DNA of 64,000 nucleotides, from the NCBI GenBank assembly GCA_018396535.1, contig JAGTQC010000003.1, positions 64,001-128,000 on the forward strand, read 5' to 3'. The stretch is from Candidatus Bathyarchaeota archaeon. GTDB lineage: Archaea > Thermoproteota > CALKCG01 > B24 > DRYS01. The position numbers and the translations under genes were made by a program. Of this stretch, positions 1 to 10,894 are shown piece by piece (the stretch's first letter is position 1; the number at the start of each line of letters is the position of its first letter). The notes beneath the pieces are model-generated. The model made no database searches. It was not told the DNA's origin and was given only the letters and a program-made list of their open reading frames with translations.

Positions 1-1912
<1,912 letters not shown>

Positions 1913-1960
1913 CCTAACATAACCTATATAGCTAGTATACCAGCCTTCACAGTCTATGGG

Positions 1961-1973
1961 GAAATATTTAAAA
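1961..1973 (+). promoter_or_regulatory. BRE/TATA promoter of tRNA-Ile2
   Basis: GAAATATTTAAAA about 27 nt upstream of the tRNA 5' end. Confidence 0.6.
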
Positions 1974-2000
1974 GATCTACATCGATCTATCTATAGACTG

Positions 2001-2074
2001 GGGCCCGTAGCTCAGCCAGGCAGAGCGGCAGGCTCATAACCTGTTGGTCGCCGGTTCGAATCCGGCCGGGCCCA
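2001..2074 (+). tRNA. tRNA with CAU anticodon, most likely tRNA-Ile2 (agmatidine type)
   Basis: Cloverleaf with GGGCCCG/CGGGCCC acceptor, anticodon arm GCAGG-CTCATAA-CCTGT and TTCGAAT T-loop. The GGGCCC acceptor is typical of archaeal Ile rather than Met. No intron, no encoded CCA. Confidence 0.9.
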
Positions 2075-2263
2075 TACAGGTTTAGGCTTCTCCGATACCC
2101 CGGGGGGTTTAGCCATTATTTCTCTACCATAATTCTTCCATACCTATTTCATAGATCTGCTGTTTATACATGTATTTTCTATGATCGAAGTCTATGGTTT
2201 ATTAGAGGGTAGAGTTAATTAGCTGTGGTGTTCTAGGATATTCTGTTTCATGTAGGGGTTGGT

Positions 2264-3442
2264 GTGTTATCTATGTCTAGGATCGTATCTATGGGTTTAA
2301 TCGGTTGTGGAGGTATTTCTTCAGCGCATGTAGCTGGGTTGAGGGAGCTCTATACTCGTGGGCTTAGGGTTGTACGTGTGGATGCTGTATGCGATATAGT
2401 CTTGGAGAATGCTGAGAGGAGGGCTGGGGAGGTAGAGTTGATTCAGGGGTTTAAGCCTAGGGTATACTCTAGCTTAGATGATATGCTATCTAACGAATCT
2501 CTGGATGCTGTAGATATATGTCTACCACATGATATGCATCATAGCGTTGCTATACGCTGCTTAGATGAGGATCTGCATGTGATTATCGAGAAGCCTCTAG
2601 CTATAACTATGAGAGCTGCTAAGCTTATAATAGATAAAGCTTCATCTAGAGGTAGGATTCTAGCTGTAGCAGAGAATTATCGTAGAACACCTGATAATCG
2701 TACGGTTAAATGGATAATGGATAATCGTATGATAGGAGAGCCTAGAATGGTATTCTGGCTAGGTTTAAACTGGAGCCCTAAGCCATGGGGTTGGAGAGAG
2801 GATAAGCTTAAAGCTGGTGGAAGCTGGGTATTCGATGGAGGAGTACATATAGCAGATATCGATAGATACCATCTAGGAAGGGAGGCTTTAGAAGTATACG
2901 CTAAGAATAGGATATTCGAACCTGTAAAGGATGGTGTTAGATCAACCGTAGACGATGCTACCCTAGCTATAATAGAGTATGAAGGTGGGGTATACGTCCA
3001 ATGGTCATGGTCCCGTCTAGCCCCAGGCTACCCGTTAAATCTCAGAGTAATATACGGATCTAGAGGAGCAGTATACATGCCAGGCTTAGCAAGCTTCCCA
3101 TCAGGATACGTTAGGATACAGATGGATGGATACATAGAGGAGAGGAGTATAAGCTATATCAGAAGCGAGATAATGAAAGCTATGAAGCCTGAAGATATAG
3201 AGGAGCTATTCCCGAAGGGTATAACAGACCCGTTCGCTATAGAGATATACGATTTCTACAAAGCTATAGTAGATAAGCGTAGACCAGAAGTCGATGGGAT
3301 AGAAGCATACAGAGATATGGCTATACCTATAGCATTCTACGAATCAGCTATACTAGATAAACCAGTTAAAGTTAGGGATGTAGAAGAGCTAAGGATAGAG
3401 GAGTATCAAGCTGAGATAAACGAGTATCTAGGCTTAAAGTAG
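2264..3442 (+). CDS. Gfo/Idh/MocA family oxidoreductase
   Basis: GCGGIS Rossmann motif, EKPLA, DGGVH. Confidence 0.9.
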   Translation: MLSMSRIVSMGLIGCGGISSAHVAGLRELYTRGLRVVRVDAVCDIVLENAERRAGEVELIQGFKPRVYSSLDDMLSNESLDAVDICLPHDMHHSVAIRCLDEDLHVIIEKPLAITMRAAKLIIDKASSRGRILAVAENYRRTPDNRTVKWIMDNRMIGEPRMVFWLGLNWSPKPWGWREDKLKAGGSWVFDGGVHIADIDRYHLGREALEVYAKNRIFEPVKDGVRSTVDDATLAIIEYEGGVYVQWSWSRLAPGYPLNLRVIYGSRGAVYMPGLASFPSGYVRIQMDGYIEERSISYIRSEIMKAMKPEDIEELFPKGITDPFAIEIYDFYKAIVDKRRPEVDGIEAYRDMAIPIAFYESAILDKPVKVRDVEELRIEEYQAEINEYLGLK

Positions 3443-3452
3443 ATACAAAGAT

Positions 3453-4613
3453 TCAACGATAGACTACCTCAACCCTCCTACCAATCCTCGCAGATTCTAG
3501 TATAGCATCACAAACCTCCGCGCAGCGATACCCATCCTCGAAGCTAGCACCGTAAGGTTCTATAGGATTATCCTCAACCAAGCATCTTAGGAAGTGGTGA
3601 AGCTCGTTAACGAATGTATGCTCCCAACCGATTATATGACCTGAAGGCCAGTAAGCCTTGATAAACGGATGCACATCAGACTCCGTAACAAGTATCTCCC
3701 TCCAACCCTCAGTAGCTCTATCACCAACCATATAGATCCTCAACTCGTTCAACCTTTCAAGATTAAACTCTATAGAACCCCTCTCACCATTCACTTCGAA
3801 ACAATTATAGTTCTTCCTACCAGTAGCAAACCTACTAGCCTCCAGAGTACCTATAGCCCCATTCTCGAATTCGACAGTAGCTACAAACGCATCATCAACA
3901 GTAACCCTACCCCTCCTAGACGGATCACCCTCTAAAGGCCTCTCCTCTACGAAAGTCCTAGCTACACCAGTAACAGCCTTAACCTCACCTACAAGAAACC
4001 TAGCTAGATCGATTATATGACTCCCAAGATCACCTAGAGCACCAGACCCAGCCTCCTCAACCCTAAGCCTCCACACCAAGGGGAAGCTTGGATCCACTAG
4101 CCAATCCTGAAGATAACGCGCCCTGAAATGATATATACGCCCTAAAACACCATCCTCTATAAGCCTACGAGCAAGCATAACAGCAGGTACAAATCTATAA
4201 TTAAACGCACACATAGCTTTAACACCAGCTCTACGAGCTACATCCCTCATCTCCCTAGCTTCAGAAGCATTACGAGCTAGAGGCTTCTCACATACAACAT
4301 GCTTCCCAGCCTCCATAGCCTCTACACACGGATCCCTATGCATATAATTAGGCAAACCATTATCCACAACCTCAACCTCAGGATCCCTAACAGCCTCCCT
4401 CCAATCAGTCGTATACCTCCTATATCCATATCTCAGAGCAGCCTCCCTAACACGCTCCAAGCTCCTACCATATATCGTAACCAATCTAGGTATAGCTGGT
4501 GGAGGCCAGAAGAATAGAGGTATATCCCTCCAAGCATGGCTATGAGCCTTACCCATAAACGCATACCCAAGCATAGCTACACCAACTTCTCTAAGACTAG
4601 ACAATACGATCAC
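3453..4613 (-). CDS. Gfo/Idh/MocA family oxidoreductase (levoglucosan-dehydrogenase-like subgroup)
   Basis: GYAFMGKAH, CEKPLA, YLQDW, GALGDLGSHIID. Confidence 0.9.
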   Translation of the reverse strand: MIVLSSLREVGVAMLGYAFMGKAHSHAWRDIPLFFWPPPAIPRLVTIYGRSLERVREAALRYGYRRYTTDWREAVRDPEVEVVDNGLPNYMHRDPCVEAMEAGKHVVCEKPLARNASEAREMRDVARRAGVKAMCAFNYRFVPAVMLARRLIEDGVLGRIYHFRARYLQDWLVDPSFPLVWRLRVEEAGSGALGDLGSHIIDLARFLVGEVKAVTGVARTFVEERPLEGDPSRRGRVTVDDAFVATVEFENGAIGTLEASRFATGRKNYNCFEVNGERGSIEFNLERLNELRIYMVGDRATEGWREILVTESDVHPFIKAYWPSGHIIGWEHTFVNELHHFLRCLVEDNPIEPYGASFEDGYRCAEVCDAILESARIGRRVEVVYR

Positions 4614-4708
4614 CAGAATAATCTATAGACTCTACAACCCATTTAAAATTGTCGTAGATTCTCAAACCGTAAAATCTTAATAATCCAACTATAAGAGAGT
4701 ATGGTGTA

Positions 4709-5683
4709 GTGGTAGCTATGGTTATGAAGATAGGATTCCTAACCGTAGCATTCAACGATTGGCCTCTAGAAAAGGTTCTAGACCATATATCTAGGCTCGG
4801 ATACGAAGCTGTAGAACTCGCAGCATGGAAAGCTAGCAACCATCTAAACCTGGAAAGAATACTCTCCGGGGGTGCAGGCGAGCTTAGAAGAATAATAGAA
4901 TCTAGAGGCATGATCATCTCAGCTCTAAGTAATCATCTAGAATCCCAGCTTGTATTAGGGCCTCACGATACCTCTACAGATGAATGGTTTAAAGGTACAC
5001 CTGAGGAGAAGGCAGCCTATGGCGTAAAGCGTACGAAGATGACGATAGAAGCTGCATGCCTACTAGAAGTACCGGTCGTATGCGGCTTCGTAGGCCATCC
5101 AAACTGGGGTTCATGGTATATATTCCCACCAGCATACGAGAAGATGTGGGATAGATACTGGAAGATATTCGAAGAGAGATGGGGTGAGATAATCGATTAC
5201 GCATCAGAGCATAGGGTTAAATTCGCTCATGAAGTACATCCGCAGGAGATGGCCTACAACCTATACACAGCTAAGAAGGCTATAGAAGTTATTAAAAGAG
5301 AGAATTTTGGCTTCAACTTCGATCCAAGCCATCTAGTATGGCAGGGTATAGATCCGGTGGTATTCATACACGAGATAGGGGATAGGATATACCATGTACA
5401 CGCTAAGGATGTGGAAATAGTTAAGGAAGCTGTAGCCTACGATGGCATACTATCAACCGGACCATGGAGGAGGAGGGGTAGAGGTATGAGGTTCAGAGTA
5501 CCAGGCTGGGGTGATGTAGATTGGCGTCGCGTAATCACAGCGCTGATCGAAGTAGGCTACGACTACGTCCTCTCCTTCGAGCATGAAGACCCGATTATGT
5601 CACCAGAGGATGGCGTCGAGAAGGCTATATCCTATCTAAAACCACTCATAATAAGGAAGCCTCTAGAACGTGTATGGTGGTAG
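4709..5683 (+). CDS. Sugar phosphate isomerase/epimerase, xylose-isomerase-like TIM barrel (IolE/AP endonuclease 2 family)
   Basis: Metal ligands in FAHEVHP, NFDPSH, HVHAKD and SFEHED. Confidence 0.88.
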   Translation: MVAMVMKIGFLTVAFNDWPLEKVLDHISRLGYEAVELAAWKASNHLNLERILSGGAGELRRIIESRGMIISALSNHLESQLVLGPHDTSTDEWFKGTPEEKAAYGVKRTKMTIEAACLLEVPVVCGFVGHPNWGSWYIFPPAYEKMWDRYWKIFEERWGEIIDYASEHRVKFAHEVHPQEMAYNLYTAKKAIEVIKRENFGFNFDPSHLVWQGIDPVVFIHEIGDRIYHVHAKDVEIVKEAVAYDGILSTGPWRRRGRGMRFRVPGWGDVDWRRVITALIEVGYDYVLSFEHEDPIMSPEDGVEKAISYLKPLIIRKPLERVWW

Positions 5684-5752
5684 AAGCAGCTTAGAAAAAC
5701 CTATCCGATACCAATCATAGATCATAGAGGTAGATAAGGGTGTCTTACACCT

Positions 5753-7414
5753 GTGAAGATAGTAGAAGCTATAGTTAAAACCTTAGAGAAGCTAGGCGTA
5801 GAGTACATCTTCGGTATACCTGGATCCCAGACATGCCCGTTCTACGATGCACTATACTCATCCAGTATAAAGCATATACTAGTTAGACATGAACAATCAG
5901 CCGCATACATGGCTGACGCTTATGCTAAAATCACTGGTAGACCAGGCGTCTGCGATGGTACAGGCGGACCTGGAGCAACCAATCTGATAACAGGTGTAGC
6001 TACATCATGGACAGATCGTACACCTGTAATCGTATTCACAGGTCAACAACCGTTAAGCGAGCTAGGTAGAGGAGCATTCCAAGAGCTCGATCATAACGCT
6101 ATATTCGCCCCCATAACCAAGATATCTATAAGAATATCAAACTCTATGAGTATCACATACATAATCAGAGAAGCCTACAGGATATCGGTAGAGGGGAGAC
6201 CTGGACCCGTACATATAGATATGCCGCTAGACGTTCAGGTAGCCGATCTACTGGTAGAAGATATAGATCTCCAACCCCCACCACAAATCTCAGAATCTAA
6301 GATAGATATAGAAGCTGTGAGAAAAGCTACCTCCCTCCTAGCATCATCCAATAGACCTTTAATAATCGCTGGTGGAGGCGTCCACTATTCAGGTATAGGC
6401 GCATGGATAGAGGTTAAAGCTCTAGCAGAGTATATGGCTATACCCGTAGCTACAACATTCAACGGTAGAGGATCGTTCCCAGAGGATCACCCCCTATCAG
6501 CTGGTAGGATGGGTGTAAACTCCGCATCTTATACAGATGAGGTAGCATCATCAGCTGATACCATACTAGCAGTAGGATGCAGATTCGCAGCCCTCAGCAC
6601 ACGCCGTTGGAGTATACCAAACCCTAAAGCTACGTTGATACATGTAGATGTAGATCCATCAGTGATAGGTTTAAACTACAAGGCTACCATAGCTATAATC
6701 GGAGATGCTAAGACAATCCTAAGATATATGCTAGAAGAAGCTTCTAAGCTAAGCGATACCGGTATATCTAGACGTAGAGATTGGCTTAGATTCCTAGAGG
6801 AAGCTAAGGAGAGATGGAGGAGATCAGAGTATTTCTCCAAGATATACTCAGATAACACCCCTCTAAAACCTCAAAGAGTATGCTACGAGATAAGAAGGAT
6901 ATTCGATAGATCGACGATATTCACCCTAGATGCTGGTAATAATAAGCTATGGGCTTCGACGTTTATAGAGATATACGAACCTAGAACATGGATACAATCA
7001 GGATGCTTCGGCCCTATGGGCTACGCGTTACCAGCAGCTATATCATGCAAACTTGTAAAGCCTGATAGGATAGTAGTAGCTATATGTGGTGATGGAGGCT
7101 TCTATATGAGTCTACACGAGCTAGCTACATCGATCCAGGAGGATATACCGGTTATAGTATGCGTATTCAACGATGGCGCCTTAGGCACTATAAAACATCG
7201 TCAAACACTAGCCTATAGCGGTAGATACATCTCGGTAGATCTATCAAACCCAAGCTTCGCTAAGATAGCGGATGCATTCGGATGCTACGGTCTAGAAGCT
7301 GAGACACCTATACAACTTAGATCAGCTCTAGATGAAGCTCTAAAAGCTAATAGAACTAGTGAAACAGTCGTGGTAGATATACGTATAGATGGATCAGAGC
7401 TTCTACCACCCTAA
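5753..7414 (+). CDS. Thiamine-diphosphate-dependent enzyme, acetolactate synthase large-subunit-like
   Basis: FGIPGSQ, RHEQSAAYMA, GPGATN and the GDGG...N ThDP motif. No small subunit adjacent. Confidence 0.88.
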   Translation: MKIVEAIVKTLEKLGVEYIFGIPGSQTCPFYDALYSSSIKHILVRHEQSAAYMADAYAKITGRPGVCDGTGGPGATNLITGVATSWTDRTPVIVFTGQQPLSELGRGAFQELDHNAIFAPITKISIRISNSMSITYIIREAYRISVEGRPGPVHIDMPLDVQVADLLVEDIDLQPPPQISESKIDIEAVRKATSLLASSNRPLIIAGGGVHYSGIGAWIEVKALAEYMAIPVATTFNGRGSFPEDHPLSAGRMGVNSASYTDEVASSADTILAVGCRFAALSTRRWSIPNPKATLIHVDVDPSVIGLNYKATIAIIGDAKTILRYMLEEASKLSDTGISRRRDWLRFLEEAKERWRRSEYFSKIYSDNTPLKPQRVCYEIRRIFDRSTIFTLDAGNNKLWASTFIEIYEPRTWIQSGCFGPMGYALPAAISCKLVKPDRIVVAICGDGGFYMSLHELATSIQEDIPVIVCVFNDGALGTIKHRQTLAYSGRYISVDLSNPSFAKIADAFGCYGLEAETPIQLRSALDEALKANRTSETVVVDIRIDGSELLPP

Positions 7415-7469
7415 CTATAGATAGATTATTAATCTTCAAAGATGCATCTGTATACGGTGTTCACAATCC

Positions 7470-8648
7470 ATGTACAATCTAGCATATGGAAGCCTCAGAT
7501 CGTATGAGATTAAGCTTCCTAAGAAGATAGTATTCGGTATAGGCTCCCTAGATAAGCTAGGTTTAGAAGCTAAAACCCTAACCGAAGGTAGGAGTACGCT
7601 CATAGTCACAGATGAGAATATAGCTAGGATAGGTATAGCTAGTAGAGTTGAAAGGATACTCCTAGACGAAGGCTTCAAAATAGAAATCTTCGATAAGGTG
7701 GAATCAGAGCCATCCATAGATACTGCTGAAGCTATATCGAGATACGCTAGATCTGCTAGATTCGATCTAGTCATCGGGGTTGGAGGTGGAAGCGTCATGG
7801 ATATGGCTAAGATAGCTTCGATAGCATCAACCAATCCTAAACCAGTTAGAAACTATATAGGCATCAACCTAGTAGAGAAGCCAGGCCTACCCCATATACT
7901 CATACCAACCACAGCTGGTACAGGCTCAGAAGCTACAGATATAGCGGTGGTAACGCTACCAGAGGATGAGGTTAAATCCTCCGTGATAAGCCCTTACCTA
8001 CTCCCAGATACAGCCTTAATCGATCCAAGCCTAACATACACGCTTCCACCTAGAATAACAGCCTCGACCGGTCTAGATGCTATAAGCCATGCACTCGAAG
8101 CATTAATGTCGGTAAACTCAAACCTTATAACAGATATACTAGCATTAGAAGCTTTAAAGCTAGCATATATATACCTACCAGAAGCATACAGCTCACCAAA
8201 CCCTGAGAATAGATACTATATGAGTCTAGCAGCCCTACTCGCAGGTATAGCGTTATGTAACGCAGGCGTATGCCTAGGACATGCATTAGCATACACATTC
8301 GCTGTAAAATATAGAGTACCGCATGGAGTATCATGCGGCTTAACCCTACCATACGCGTTCGAATACAACTCTATAAGCATCGATCGGAAGATACCATGTA
8401 TAGCGAAATCAATGGGTGTAGAGGTGGAAGGTAGAAGCATAAAGGAGTTATCCAAAACAATAAAAGATAATCTACTCAAACTACTAGAAAAGCTAGGTAT
8501 ACCTACAAAGCTAAGACAGCTAGGCATAGAAAGAAACGATATACCAACCCTAGCTTCAAAACTCCTATCCCTAGAAAGACTACTAAAACGCAATCCTAGA
8601 ACAGTAACTATATATGAAGCATTAGAAATCATAGAGGAAATGTGGTAA
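7470..8648 (+). CDS. Iron-containing alcohol dehydrogenase
   Basis: GGGSVMD, PTTAGTGSE, DAISH, GHALA, HGVSC. Confidence 0.92.
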   Translation: MYNLAYGSLRSYEIKLPKKIVFGIGSLDKLGLEAKTLTEGRSTLIVTDENIARIGIASRVERILLDEGFKIEIFDKVESEPSIDTAEAISRYARSARFDLVIGVGGGSVMDMAKIASIASTNPKPVRNYIGINLVEKPGLPHILIPTTAGTGSEATDIAVVTLPEDEVKSSVISPYLLPDTALIDPSLTYTLPPRITASTGLDAISHALEALMSVNSNLITDILALEALKLAYIYLPEAYSSPNPENRYYMSLAALLAGIALCNAGVCLGHALAYTFAVKYRVPHGVSCGLTLPYAFEYNSISIDRKIPCIAKSMGVEVEGRSIKELSKTIKDNLLKLLEKLGIPTKLRQLGIERNDIPTLASKLLSLERLLKRNPRTVTIYEALEIIEEMW

Positions 8649-8820
8649 ACCCAAGGCATCCAGGTAAAAACCTAGCATATCATAGAAGCATGCGACCCCA
8701 TCTCGAACAACACTCATGTAGTATGTATAGTTAGAACGAGGTTAGCTAAGATTTAGTTATAAACAATCATGTTAGCATAATTATATCTAGTCGTAGTGTA
8801 GCAGTTTTATACAACCCGCT

Positions 8821-10722
8821 ATGAATAGCGGTAGCGTTAAAGATATACTTCTAATAGGTCTCGACGGTGCTATGTATCACTTCATAGAGGAGCTTGTAAA
8901 AGAGGATCTACTACCCAATATATGTAGGCTTATGGATGAAGGTGTGTATGGTGAAGCACTCCCCTGCCCCCCAACCGATACCCCTACCAACTGGACGACG
9001 ATAGCTACAGGCTCATCTACAGCTACGCATGGTGTTACAAGCTTCTACATACATATACCTGGCGAACCCTATGAATTAGGGCAGAGAAATAGGTCTAGGG
9101 GGCAGCTTAGAAGGTACTGTAAAGCTGAGTATATATGGGATATCGCAGATAGATATGGTATAAGATCGCTAGTTCTAAACTATCCAGCCGGATGGCCTGG
9201 AGGAATGAGGAACGGCTACGTATGCCTATATACCTGGCCTATGCCTGAATCCGTTCCTCGGATCCTAGCTGGAGCTAGGGATTATACTCTAGAGAAGGGT
9301 GTAGCTGTAGAACCGTTTAGAAAGGATATAGAATCAGCTTATAGATTTAGGCTTAAGGTTGAAGGAGGCTTTATAGATGAATCTGAAGCCTTCGATCTAT
9401 ACCTAACTAGATTGAAGGATAGCAGCGAATATAGGCTTGCTATACCTAGAGCTGAAGATTACGAGTTAATCAAACCTGGAAGATGGAGTGATTGGATAGA
9501 AGCAACGTTTAAGATAGTTGGTAGCAGGTCGGATGTTCAGATGTTTAGCGGGTTTATCAAAGGTATTTTTAAGCTTAAGTTTTTAGAAGCTTCTGAGAAC
9601 CGTTTGAAAATTCAAGTTAGCGAAATCTACTCTACCAGAGGCTGGATGGATCCTGGAGGCTTGGAGCGGGATACCATCGCATATACGCATTACCTAGCTG
9701 ATGAGGAGTCTATATTAGAGTATGGTAGAAGCAGGTTTATATACGATATTTCGGGTATGGAGGCTGAGTTTTTAGCTAGACAGAGGATCGAAGCTTACAG
9801 GCTTGCCAGAATTACGAAGTATCTCAGGGAGCGTATAGGTTGGCATCTATGCTTCCTCCACTACCATATCATGGATAGCGTGAATCATAGATTCCTAGGT
9901 TTGCTGGATCCGAAATTCCCATTCTATGATGAGGAGAAGGCTAGGTATGCGTGGAGATACTTCATAGAATCTTATAAGATCATCGATGAGTTTATAGGCC
10001 TACTATTAGAATCATGCGCTACACCAGATACGCTTATCATAGTTGTCTCAGATCATGCAGCAATACCTGCATGGAGGGTCGTCAACATAAGAAGGATCTT
10101 CATCAACGAAGGCTTACTATCCTATAAGGCTAGTCCAGACGGTTATCTCGTAGATTGGAGTAGAACAAAAGCCTTCCCATGGATTGAACCCCTCATGGTT
10201 TGGATAAACCTTGTAGGTAGAGATCCAAACGGTATAGTAGAAGCGAAGGATTATGAAGATCTAAGAGAGCAGGTCGTAGATATACTTCAAAACCTAAGGG
10301 ATCCTGATACAGGTAGGAAGATAACTGCCATGGTTTTGAGAAGAGAGGAATCTGTCAACATAGGGCTTGGAGATGAGAGGACAGGTGATATAGTCTACTT
10401 CCTAAAACCACCGTATACCATATGGCATGGCCCTACAGAAGATCTACTAACCTATAAAGCAACCGAGGATCATCTGAAAGATTGGCTTGTAAGAGATCAA
10501 TCTAGGATTACAGGTATACATGGATACTATCTACCAAACGAAAGGATGGATAGATTCTCAAACACCGCTATATTCATAATGAATGGGCCTCACGTAAAGA
10601 AAGGTGAAAAGCTAAAGAAGCCTATAAGATTAACAGATATAGCTCCGACAATATCATACCTACTCGGGATCCCAGTACCGAGAGACTGTGAGGGTAGAGT
10701 TATCTATGAAGCTCTAATCTAA
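8821..10722 (+). CDS. Alkaline phosphatase superfamily, nucleotide pyrophosphatase/phosphodiesterase type
   Basis: IGLDGA, Thr nucleophile region PPTDTPTNWTTIATG, DSVNH, VSDH, GIHG, DIAPT. Confidence 0.88.
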   Translation: MNSGSVKDILLIGLDGAMYHFIEELVKEDLLPNICRLMDEGVYGEALPCPPTDTPTNWTTIATGSSTATHGVTSFYIHIPGEPYELGQRNRSRGQLRRYCKAEYIWDIADRYGIRSLVLNYPAGWPGGMRNGYVCLYTWPMPESVPRILAGARDYTLEKGVAVEPFRKDIESAYRFRLKVEGGFIDESEAFDLYLTRLKDSSEYRLAIPRAEDYELIKPGRWSDWIEATFKIVGSRSDVQMFSGFIKGIFKLKFLEASENRLKIQVSEIYSTRGWMDPGGLERDTIAYTHYLADEESILEYGRSRFIYDISGMEAEFLARQRIEAYRLARITKYLRERIGWHLCFLHYHIMDSVNHRFLGLLDPKFPFYDEEKARYAWRYFIESYKIIDEFIGLLLESCATPDTLIIVVSDHAAIPAWRVVNIRRIFINEGLLSYKASPDGYLVDWSRTKAFPWIEPLMVWINLVGRDPNGIVEAKDYEDLREQVVDILQNLRDPDTGRKITAMVLRREESVNIGLGDERTGDIVYFLKPPYTIWHGPTEDLLTYKATEDHLKDWLVRDQSRITGIHGYYLPNERMDRFSNTAIFIMNGPHVKKGEKLKKPIRLTDIAPTISYLLGIPVPRDCEGRVIYEALI

Positions 10723-10894
10723 CATGCTGCACAACTATCGTATGATAATAGAAGCCAAATCTATGATTAGGAGGATTATACAAGAAATATTAGCCTATGT
10801 CGGTTTCAATAAAACCAGTCGAGCATCTGAAACCCTTATATCTAATAATGTTAGTCTAATTATCGACATATCCATCATGTTAGTAAGCCGTGGT

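Noticed and set aside
2001-2074. tRNA-Met assignment
   Set aside because: Lacks the initiator A1:U72 pair and the three G:C anticodon-stem pairs; the acceptor stem is Ile-like. Elongator Met cannot be fully excluded.
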